Numbered from the stretch's first letter, positions 51,418 through 57,818 are shown. The stretch: DNA of 64,000 nt from a virus (IMGVR_UViG_3300042402_002055:54407-118406), one strand, 5' to 3'. Numbers and translations: made by a program. The notes: generated by a model from the sequence alone, not told the origin.

Positions 51418-52119
51418 ATGATAGATACACCCACTTTACAATTTTTTGGTTGTTCATTTACTAGTTTAGAAACTAGTGATACTGGATATGTAGTTAATAA
51501 TTTTAAAAGTATTGTTTCTGAAAAATTACAATATTCATTTATAAACCACTCTAATACTGGATATTCAAATGAAAAAATAATAGATGATGTTTATAACTTT
51601 TGTAATAACAATTTAACTCAAAATAACATATATGTAATTCAATTTAGTTTTAATGATAGATTTGGTATGTATTCCGATTTAGTAGATAAATTTATTTCAA
51701 TGTGCAAAAGAAAAAATCCGGATGATTATACCGAATCAATATTTATTAATTTTTATAACGATTGGTTAAAATATTTTTATTCAAGAAAGGGTAGAATACG
51801 AGAATTTAGAAAACAAATAGATTTTCTTTGTGCATGGTTAAGGTCAAACAATGTAAAATTTGTTTGTTTTGGGATGGATGAGGATATGGATGCAGAATAT
51901 TATACAGATGTATTTTATGAAAGAAATAATTTTATAAAATTTGAAAATACATATTCTTTATATGACCATATGTGTTTGAATAAATTAAGAATATCAGACA
52001 TTCCAGAATACCAAAAAGAAGGCCTTGTATTGGATTTTCACTTAAACAACGATGGACACATTTATATATCTAATAAAATTATAGAAAAAATAATACATTA
52101 CAATTTTTTATCTATATAG
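51418..52119 (+). CDS. SGNH-like protein (paralog 6)
   Basis: FGCSFT, GYSNEKI, DFHLNNDGH. Confidence 0.65.
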   Translation: MIDTPTLQFFGCSFTSLETSDTGYVVNNFKSIVSEKLQYSFINHSNTGYSNEKIIDDVYNFCNNNLTQNNIYVIQFSFNDRFGMYSDLVDKFISMCKRKNPDDYTESIFINFYNDWLKYFYSRKGRIREFRKQIDFLCAWLRSNNVKFVCFGMDEDMDAEYYTDVFYERNNFIKFENTYSLYDHMCLNKLRISDIPEYQKEGLVLDFHLNNDGHIYISNKIIEKIIHYNFLSI

Positions 52120-52132
52120 ATACTTATAATAC

Positions 52133-52159
52133 ATAACTCATTGATAATCAATAAGTTAT
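52133..52159. promoter_or_regulatory. 27-bp palindrome ATAACT-N2-TTGAT-A-ATCAA-N2-AGTTAT
   Basis: dyad symmetry; recurs at 63334 and 63383. Confidence 0.6.
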
Positions 52160-52177
52160 AAAATACTTTGAAAAATA

Positions 52178-52225
52178 TTTGGAAATACCAAATATTTGTC
52201 CTATCTTTAGGTCTGTTCATTGAAA
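52178..52225 (+). promoter_or_regulatory. promoter + boxA-like element before tmRNA
   Basis: TTTG-N20-TATCTTTA, then GTTCATTGAAA (52215-52225). Confidence 0.65.
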
Positions 52226-52229
52226 TATT

Positions 52230-52615
52230 GGGGATGCTTTGGAATTGATTGCAATGCAAATAGTAGTACCACACGTAGAGGTAAGTGATAGAAACTCTTT
52301 AAAACTGCACAAAACAATAACTGACGAAAAGTCAACTATGACTTACAACGACTTAATGGCGTTTGTAGGTATGGATTACGCTGTAGCAGCCTAACCAATC
52401 CCGTACACATCATGGGACTTTAAATAGAATGTGAAATACGGGCCACAGGTCGGAGCCCATTTAAAATAATTTCGAGACCAGGTTCTTTGGAAGTTTGTTT
52501 CCCACACACATCAAACTTTATATTTTGTCAATTAAGAAAAATTGAATAAACGTGTGAAATGCTGGTATTATTAGTTCTTTGTAAGACACGGGTTCGATTC
52601 CCGTCATCTCCACCA
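52230..52615 (+). ncRNA. ssrA: tmRNA
   Basis: GGGGATG/CATCTCC-ACCA acceptor with G3-U, T-arm GGGTTCGATTCCC, tag ORF 52323-52394 ending YAVAA*. Confidence 0.93.
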
Positions 52616-52625
52616 AAAAAATATA

Positions 52626-52657
52626 TTTGGTAATTTGAAAAAGTTATCGTATATTAC
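52626..52657 (+). promoter_or_regulatory. promoter for tRNA-Met
   Basis: tttggtaatttgaaaaagttatcgtatattac. Confidence 0.75.
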
Positions 52658-52666
52658 ATTTAATAT

Positions 52667-52738
52667 CGCGGGATAGAGCAGAGGTAGCTCACGTGGCTCA
52701 TAACCACAAGGTCGGAGGTTCGAATCCTTCTCCCGCAA
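52667..52738 (+). tRNA. tRNA-Met(CAT), initiator-like
   Basis: C1xA72 mismatch, CT-CAT-AA loop; only 2 of the 3 G-C anticodon-stem pairs. Confidence 0.88.
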
Positions 52739-52746
52739 CAAACTTG

Positions 52747-52827
52747 GAGCACGAGGAACTAACATAAACGGAGTGCTTAACCCATAAGTTGATTAAATTC
52801 AATTATAAGGTTTCCAGTGAGTTAGTT
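52747..52827 (+). ncRNA. candidate pseudoknotted small RNA
   Basis: GAGCAC/GTGCTT crossed by AACTAAC/GTTAGTT, with an internal hairpin. Confidence 0.4.
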
Positions 52828-52837
52828 TAAAAAAAGA

Positions 52838-52869
52838 TTTGGTAGTTTGAAAAAATTATCGTATCTTAC
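52838..52869 (+). promoter_or_regulatory. promoter for small RNA
   Basis: tttggtagtttgaaaaaattatcgtatcttac. Confidence 0.75.
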
Positions 52870-52871
52870 AT

Positions 52872-52959
52872 TTAAGATGATTGGTTGAAGCCATCAAATA
52901 ATAAAACCGATTGAGTGACCTGTCCAACAGGGAAGAAAGCCGGACACTAATTATCTTAA
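52872..52959 (+). ncRNA. candidate small RNA with its own promoter
   Basis: 14-bp closing stem TTAAGATGATTGGT/ACTAATTATCTTAA between two promoters. Confidence 0.55.
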
Positions 52960-52976
52960 AAAAAGTTTTAAATAAA

Positions 52977-53033
52977 TTTGGTAGAATAAAAAATTATTCG
53001 TATATTTATTAAAACGACAATAGTTCTTTAAAA
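52977..53033 (+). promoter_or_regulatory. promoter + boxA-like element
   Basis: TTTG-N20-TATATTTA, then GTTCTTTAAAA (53023-53033). Confidence 0.7.
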
Positions 53034-53044
53034 GATTAAAATAT

Positions 53045-53915
53045 TTTACATAGTGAGTTCGTCTCACATAGTAAACAACCGCCGCCTATGGTGGTTAAAT
53101 AAACTACGAAAGTAGGATAAAGTGGGTGTATTAAGTGATACATCTGCGGCTACTCTCCCCGTAAGGAGAGATTAGCTTGAGTAGGCAAGTGGGATATTAT
53201 TTGAGCTTTGTACGAAAGGGTAACACTATATCGGAAGAGTTTGAATAGTTGGGGTAGTATAGATACTCCGACTGAGTTGGGAACAACAATAAGAATAACC
53301 CATAGAATATCAGTAAGAAGTGTAGACTTAATCCCTCTACATCATTGCGGTATTCAGTTTCAAAGTTATCTTAACATCAAGCCATCCGAAAGGACGCAAG
53401 ATAAGATAGTGTACAAGTGGTGTTGTTACCATCCTTATATAGAGTTTACCAAAACCTATATTTGAAGATGACTTAAAAAACGGCAGTAGGGATATTGCAT
53501 CGGGTAGTTTAGTATTCTCTCGTTCAAAAGATGAGGGAGCTAGTGGTAAACCACTACCTGAATGATTCTATAAACTAAAACTCAATTTTTACTAAGGTGT
53601 AAAAACTACAATTTAAAAATTAAGCATGAGTGTTTACCAGTTGCAGATGAAAGGTGTGTACATAGTTAAGAGATGTTCTTAGCCACGATACCTCCGCAAG
53701 AGGTCTGTGATTCTATCGAAAGGTTTCTAATTCCGCAAGAACTAATCAGGCTGCGAGGCTTGAAGAAAATAATTAAGTAGAGAGTAATCGGCAACTTAAA
53801 GACTGATAGTCTTAAATCATCCACATTGAATTGGTACTACTCAAAAGGTAGTGGAAACGGAAGGAAACAAATAATCTTTCTAAAGTCGGTTCACCAAATA
53901 GAGTATTCTCATCTA
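53045..53915 (+). ncRNA. large ornate non-coding RNA (GOLLD-like)
   Basis: ~870 nt without a credible ORF, higher GC, many hairpins with GNRA loops, located among tRNAs; boundaries approximate. Confidence 0.6.
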
Positions 53916-53922
53916 TTTATAA

Positions 53923-54018
53923 GCGGAGTTGGTGTAATGGTTCCACACGGGTTTACCCGCGGGATAGCACACTTACCGATCCAGGTGAGAGGATGTAGTT
54001 CGATTCTATGGCCCCGCT
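53923..54018 (+). tRNA. aberrant tRNA-Gly-like RNA
   Basis: GCGGAGT/GCCCCGC + U73, TTCGATT T-loop, hairpin inserted in D-loop, 8-nt CGATCCAG anticodon loop. Confidence 0.6.
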
Positions 54019-54125
54019 CAAAACGAAAATATTCGTGGTCTACATTTCCGGCTGTTTCTTATTCAACAGTCAAATCGTTTAAACTTAGACCTAAAAGATA
54101 GAACGAAAAAATAAAATTGGAAGTA

Positions 54126-54228
54126 AGTGTTTTAGGGAGGATTTTGGACATTAAAAATGCAATCAGAAACGATACACGATTGCCGGTTTCGTAGTCGTAC
54201 ACTACAAGAGTTACCGCCTCCTATAAAC
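54126..54228 (+). ncRNA. candidate structured RNA
   Basis: GGAGG/CCTCC closing stem; inner GCAATC/GATTGC with GAAAC/GTTTC pseudoknot. Confidence 0.4.
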
Positions 54229-54242
54229 TCTATTCATGTGCT

Positions 54243-54311
54243 AAGTAATTTAATGAGGCTTGTATTAACCAGAGCATGACTTGGATGGCGTATTTTGAAA
54301 TTAAATTACTT
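54243..54311 (+). ncRNA. candidate small RNA
   Basis: perfect 12-bp stem AAGTAATTTAAT/ATTAAATTACTT. Confidence 0.35.
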
Positions 54312-54350
54312 TTTAAATATTAAAATAAAAGAATTAGATATATATTAACG

Positions 54351-54440
54351 ATGAGAACTCTAACACATACACTTTGTAGTCAACCGAATCAGATTTGGAT
54401 TGGCAATTTTGTGCAGTTAGAGGATACGGATGTAGGATAA
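54351..54440 (+). CDS. 29-aa putative leader peptide
   Basis: MRTLTHTLCSQPNQIWIGNFVQLEDTDVG* upstream of a terminator and the tRNA array. Confidence 0.45.
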   Translation: MRTLTHTLCSQPNQIWIGNFVQLEDTDVG

Positions 54441-54468
54441 AATGTAATAATTTTTGAATAATATTGAG

Positions 54469-54503
54469 AAACCTCTGACTGAAAAGTTAGGGGTTTTTTT
54501 GTT
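54469..54503 (+). terminator. intrinsic terminator immediately before tRNA array
   Basis: AAACCTCTGACT-GAAA-AGTTAGGGGTTT plus T-tract. Confidence 0.8.
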
Positions 54504-54509
54504 ATATAC

Positions 54510-54583
54510 TCTCACTTGGCTCAGTTGGTTAGAGCGTCGCACTGTTAATGCGAAAGTCCTAAGTTCAAGTCTTAGAGTGAGAG
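54510..54583 (+). tRNA. tRNA-Asn(GTT)
   Basis: cloverleaf; TCGCA-CTGTTAA-TGCGA. Confidence 0.88.
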
Positions 54584-54592
54584 CAAACAAAA

Positions 54593-54665
54593 GCGGGTGT
54601 AGCTCAATTGGTAGAGTGCGTTCCTTCCAAGTACGAAGTTGCTGGTTCGAACCCAGTCACCCGCT
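54593..54665 (+). tRNA. tRNA-Gly(TCC)
   Basis: GCGGGTG/CACCCGC, CTTCCAA loop. Confidence 0.9.
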
Positions 54666-54745
54666 CAAACGGTTACCAATCCGGAACACGCCTGGAAGTT
54701 TAGTGTATTAGCACACCGGGAAATGGTGATAACAAAATTGGAAAT

Positions 54746-54816
54746 TGTCGGATGGTGTAATGGTAGCACAAATGTTTTTGGTACATTTAGTTTTGGTTCG
54801 AGTCCAGGTCCGATAA
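54746..54816 (+). tRNA. tRNA-Gln(TTG)
   Basis: AATGT-TTTTGGT-ACATT. Confidence 0.85.
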
Positions 54817-54821
54817 CAAAA

Positions 54822-54895
54822 TGGGAATTAGCGTAGTCAGGTATCGCGCTAGCTTTGGGAGCTAGAGGCCGTAGGTTCGAATCCTGCATTCCCAA
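54822..54895 (+). tRNA. tRNA-Pro(TGG)
   Basis: CTAGC-TTTGGGA-GCTAG. Confidence 0.9.
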
Positions 54896-54900
54896 CACTT

Positions 54901-54974
54901 TGGAATATAGCTCAATTGGTTAGAGCATTCGCCTGATACGTGAAAGGTTGAAAGTTCGAGTCTTTCTATTCCAA
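54901..54974 (+). tRNA. tRNA-Ile(GAT)
   Basis: TTCGC-CTGATAC-GTGAA. Confidence 0.9.
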
Positions 54975-54980
54975 CACACA

Positions 54981-55051
54981 TCCGGTTTGGTGCAATGGCA
55001 GCATGTAGGTCTCCAAAACCTTTGATTACAGTTCGAGTCTGTAAACCGGTG
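54981..55051 (+). tRNA. tRNA-Trp(CCA)
   Basis: AGGT-CTCCAAA-ACCT, G73. Confidence 0.85.
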
Positions 55052-55056
55052 CAATT

Positions 55057-55129
55057 AGTTCTATGGTGTAATTGGATAGCACGAAACACTACGGATGTTT
55101 TAGTTTGGGTTCGATTCCTAATAGGACTA
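55057..55129 (+). tRNA. tRNA-Arg(ACG)
   Basis: AAACA-CTACGGA-TGTTT. Confidence 0.88.
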
Positions 55130-55135
55130 CAATAT

Positions 55136-55205
55136 GGTCAGTTTGGTCGTGGAGGCCGGTGGGACTGCAAATCTTACGGAGTTGGTTCGATTCCAACATT
55201 GACCT
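55136..55205 (+). tRNA. tRNA-Cys(GCA)
   Basis: CTGCAAA loop, U73. Confidence 0.82.
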
Positions 55206-55210
55206 CAAAT

Positions 55211-55285
55211 GGTGTTTGAAGCATTAAGGTGATGCGTCGGTTTGTGGAGCCGGATAAGACGGGTCGGTACCGTCCTTACACCCCA
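55211..55285 (+). tRNA. tRNA-His(GTG), atypical T-loop
   Basis: G-1:C73, TTGTGGA loop, encoded CCA; T-loop GTCGGTA. Confidence 0.7.
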
Positions 55286-55287
55286 AA

Positions 55288-55371
55288 GGAAAGATGGGTG
55301 AGTGGTTTAAACCAGCAGTTTACTAAACTGCCGGCTCAAAAGGTCCGTGAGTTCGAATCTCACTCTTTCCG
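55288..55371 (+). tRNA. tRNA-Ser(ACT)
   Basis: GGAAAGA/TCTTTCC, G73, long variable arm, GCAGT-TTACTAA-ACTGC. Confidence 0.85.
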
Positions 55372-55376
55372 CAAAT

Positions 55377-55451
55377 GCCCGTATGGCGGAATTGGCATAC
55401 GCAGTGGTCTTAGAAGCCATACAATTATAGGTTCGACTCCTATTACGGGTA
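55377..55451 (+). tRNA. tRNA-Leu(TAG), short variable region
   Basis: GGCGGAATTGGCATACGC D-arm, CTTAGAA loop, A73. Confidence 0.8.
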
Positions 55452-55456
55452 CATTA

Positions 55457-55488
55457 TTTGGTAAAGTAAATTATTTATCGTATATTTA
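55457..55488 (+). promoter_or_regulatory. promoter
   Basis: tttggtaaagtaaattatttatcgtatattta. Confidence 0.75.
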
Positions 55489-55493
55489 ATTTA

Positions 55494-55618
55494 TAAGGTT
55501 GATTGGGAATAAAGATAGTCCGCTAAATCGAGTTAGTGCAAATCTAATAAACTGTCATTCGGTTAGTAAAGCCAATCATAAAAGTAAATGTCCACGCACC
55601 CATCTTTTACTTTCCTTA
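55494..55618 (+). ncRNA. candidate multi-stem small RNA
   Basis: TAAGG/CCTTA, TGATTGG/CCAATCA, GATAGT/ACTGTC, AAAGTAAA/TTTACTTT stems; T-loop-like TTAG-TGCAAAT-CTAA. Confidence 0.55.
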
Positions 55619-55621
55619 AAT

Positions 55622-55693
55622 GCTCAGTTCGACTAAGGGTTAGGTCACATCCCTTTCACGGATGTAATACGGGTTCGAATCCCGTACTGAGTA
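55622..55693 (+). tRNA. tRNA-Glu(TTC)
   Basis: CATCC-CTTTCAC-GGATG. Confidence 0.9.
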
Positions 55694-55698
55694 CAATA

Positions 55699-55771
55699 GC
55701 CCGAGTAGCTCAGCTGGTAGAGCAACTGATTTGTAATCAGTAGGTCGTAAGTTCGATTCTTATCTTGGGCT
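55699..55771 (+). tRNA. tRNA-Thr(TGT)
   Basis: ACTGA-TTTGTAA-TCAGT. Confidence 0.9.
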
Positions 55772-55775
55772 CAAT

Positions 55776-55849
55776 GGATGGGTAGTTCAGTTGGTTAGAA
55801 TGTCGGCTTGTCACGCCGAAGGTCGCGGGTTCGAGTCCCGTCCCGTCCG
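55776..55849 (+). tRNA. tRNA-Asp(GTC)
   Basis: TCGGC-TTGTCAC-GCCGA. Confidence 0.92.
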
Positions 55850-55854
55850 CAACG

Positions 55855-55926
55855 GGTCTGTTAGTTAAATGGATATAACTTCTCACTTCTAATGAGATGT
55901 TCGTGGTTCGATTCCACGACGGACTA
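55855..55926 (+). tRNA. tRNA-Arg(TCT)
   Basis: TCTCA-CTTCTAA-TGAGA. Confidence 0.9.
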
Positions 55927-55932
55927 CAATAT

Positions 55933-56040
55933 GCCGGTGTGGCGGAATGATAATTGTACAGTTATTAGACGTCCCGTAATTCTAGAAAGGTGATGTATCC
56001 GAAATGGACATCGTGTGGGTAATCAGTCCCTCCACCGGCA
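55933..56040 (+). ncRNA. aberrant tRNA-Leu-like RNA
   Basis: perfect GCCGGTG/CACCGGC + A73, GGCGGAA..AGACG D-arm with hairpin insert, long variable arm, degenerate anticodon arm and T-loop. Confidence 0.55.
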
Positions 56041-56042
56041 CC

Positions 56043-56131
56043 TTATGGGCTTTGATGATACAGCCATAAAGAGAGACAGATGTTTCTCATTCATCATAAA
56101 ATAGGTAGGTGACTCCACACCTGCTTATTTT
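56043..56131 (+). ncRNA. candidate pseudoknot + hairpin
   Basis: TTATGG/CCATAA crossed by TGATGA/TCATCA; 13-bp hairpin 56098-56130 with T-tract. Confidence 0.35.
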
Positions 56132-56135
56132 TAAA

Positions 56136-56209
56136 GGGAATGTAGCTCAGTTGGTTAGAGCAAAAAACTCATAATTTTGAGGTCACAGGTTCGAGCCCTG
56201 TCTTTCCCA
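56136..56209 (+). tRNA. tRNA-Ile2/Met(CAT)
   Basis: GGG start and CTCATAAT context typical of lysidine Ile2. Confidence 0.8.
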
Positions 56210-56217
56210 CAAAAAGA

Positions 56218-56249
56218 TTTGGTAATATGAAAATATTATCGTATATTTA
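56218..56249 (+). promoter_or_regulatory. promoter
   Basis: tttggtaatatgaaaatattatcgtatattta. Confidence 0.75.
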
Positions 56250-56265
56250 TTAAAATTAGAAAATT

Positions 56266-56535
56266 ATGAATTGGTTTGTTATTTATTATGTTATCAGTAT
56301 TGTTTATTGTTTTTATCAGTTGAATGTTAAATACAAAGAAAGAGGAGTTGAATATAGTTCTCCTGAATTGGATGCAATTATGGTATTAGTTATGGCATGG
56401 GTATTAGCCCCTGTCGATGTATCTATCACTTGGATTAGAATGGTCAAAAAAGCAGAGGAAGCTAGAATAAGACAATCATCTACTACCTTTTTAGATGCAG
56501 ATACTTTCAGAAATGAAGAAACACATATCTATTAG
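56266..56535 (+). CDS. small membrane protein
   Basis: two hydrophobic segments. Confidence 0.65.
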   Translation: MNWFVIYYVISIVYCFYQLNVKYKERGVEYSSPELDAIMVLVMAWVLAPVDVSITWIRMVKKAEEARIRQSSTTFLDADTFRNEETHIY

Positions 56536-56546
56536 TAGAATATAAT

Positions 56547-56631
56547 AGAGAGTTGGCCGAGCGGTTGATGGCACCAGTCTTGAAAACTGGCAAGTGTAAA
56601 AGCTTCTGGGGTTCGAATCCCTAACTCTCTG
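56547..56631 (+). tRNA. tRNA-Ser(TGA)
   Basis: CCAGT-CTTGAAA-ACTGG, long variable arm. Confidence 0.92.
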
Positions 56632-56645
56632 CAAAAACAAAAGTT

Positions 56646-57164
56646 ATGACACTAAAAGAAGCAACTGCCGAATTACATAGTAAGGCAGAAAAGATGGATT
56701 TTAATCAAAGAATGTTTGCGGGTAAATTGAGTAATGATGAATACTTAAATTATCTAATTCAACAATCTTACATTTTCCAAGAAATAGAAAATAGAAATTT
56801 ACCGCATCCAAATTTACAAAGATTAAGTTCAATCAATGAAGATATAAATGAATTGGGTGGATATAAATTTAAGATAAGCAAACCAACAACCGATTATGTT
56901 GTTTATTTGGGTGACTTAAATCAGTCAAACTTAAATGCACACATCTATCTTAATTACTTAGCTATTATGTTTGGTGGACAAATGATGAAATCAAAAGTTC
57001 CAGGTAGTGGTAAGATGTATGACTTTGAAGGTGACATGAGAGAATTGATTGGTAGTGTTAGAGCAATTCAAAATGATGGAATGGCCGACGAAGTAAATAA
57101 AGGTTTTATATTTATCATAAACATATTAGATGAATTACAAAGAAACTCTGGACAAACTATCTAA
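56646..57164 (+). CDS. heme oxygenase
   Basis: LKEAT..LH..AE, AHIYLNYL..MFGGQM, PGSG.MY. Confidence 0.88.
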   Translation: MTLKEATAELHSKAEKMDFNQRMFAGKLSNDEYLNYLIQQSYIFQEIENRNLPHPNLQRLSSINEDINELGGYKFKISKPTTDYVVYLGDLNQSNLNAHIYLNYLAIMFGGQMMKSKVPGSGKMYDFEGDMRELIGSVRAIQNDGMADEVNKGFIFIINILDELQRNSGQTI

Positions 57165-57762
57165 TGATATCCAATGGTTGATTTATCAGTTAGCAGATGG
57201 TGTTAAAATCGAAACGGAAGATTTTGGTTGGGACAATCGTAGATACGCATCAAATCGATTTAGAATGGCACACATTGAAAGATATTCCGATTCAAATTTA
57301 GAAGTATTACACTTTACTTGTTTTCCTACAAAATACTCACAATTGCCAATATTTGGATGTGATATAATTACAACCGATAAAAAACCATTGGCAGCATTTA
57401 TGGATTGGTCACCTGTTGATTCTGCATTAGAAATGACTATGACACATCAATTTGAAAAACCATATCCATTACCTGATTGGGCTAAGATTATATTTTCACC
57501 AACAGCATTGGCAATTGTCCCATCGGATAATGAAATGGAAAAATTAACGGAAGTAATATTACAAAGTTTTAAAACATATATTTCTTTATTGGGTAGTAGT
57601 AAAGATAAAAGTGAAAGAGTTGATTATATAATAGCAGCACAAAATCGATATTGTGAAAATCAACAAAAGAACGAAAGAACTTATAATGTATTGAAAGCAA
57701 AATTAGGAAAAGAAAGAGCTAAATACTTTATGGAAACAATCCTATTCCCGAAGATAGATTAA
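57130..57762 (+). CDS. ferredoxin-dependent bilin reductase (PcyA/PcyX-like)
   Basis: FRMAHIE, VLHF.CFP, PIFGCDI, DWSP, LPDWA.IIFS, QNRYC.NQQKN; adjacent to heme oxygenase. Confidence 0.85.
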   Translation: MNYKETLDKLSNDIQWLIYQLADGVKIETEDFGWDNRRYASNRFRMAHIERYSDSNLEVLHFTCFPTKYSQLPIFGCDIITTDKKPLAAFMDWSPVDSALEMTMTHQFEKPYPLPDWAKIIFSPTALAIVPSDNEMEKLTEVILQSFKTYISLLGSSKDKSERVDYIIAAQNRYCENQQKNERTYNVLKAKLGKERAKYFMETILFPKID

Positions 57763-57818
57763 CATATATAAAAAAATAATATATATAACACATTGACCCC
57801 AATGTTACTAAAAATAGT

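Noticed and set aside
52741-52830. HDV-like theta ribozyme
   Set aside because: Only 9 nt lie between P2 and P1', so there is no room for P3/L3, and no clear J4/2 catalytic C motif
53045-53915. Group I/II intron or rRNA fragment
   Set aside because: No interrupted host gene, no recognisable domain V or rRNA signatures, and it has its own promoter
53208-55489. Short ORFs from the track (53208, 53826, 54454, 54639, 54665, 54862, 54995, 55229)
   Set aside because: They overlap tRNAs or structured RNA, mostly start at non-ATG codons and have atypical composition
55500-55560. Cobalamin riboswitch
   Set aside because: GGGAA and a TGCAAAT loop are present, but there is no B12 box or CCCGC-ACTGT core, and the downstream gene is a tRNA
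55975-55990. Amber suppressor (CTA) and stop-codon recoding
   Set aside because: CTA is not centred in a paired 7-nt loop; TAG and TGA end genes normally and core genes are intact in code 11
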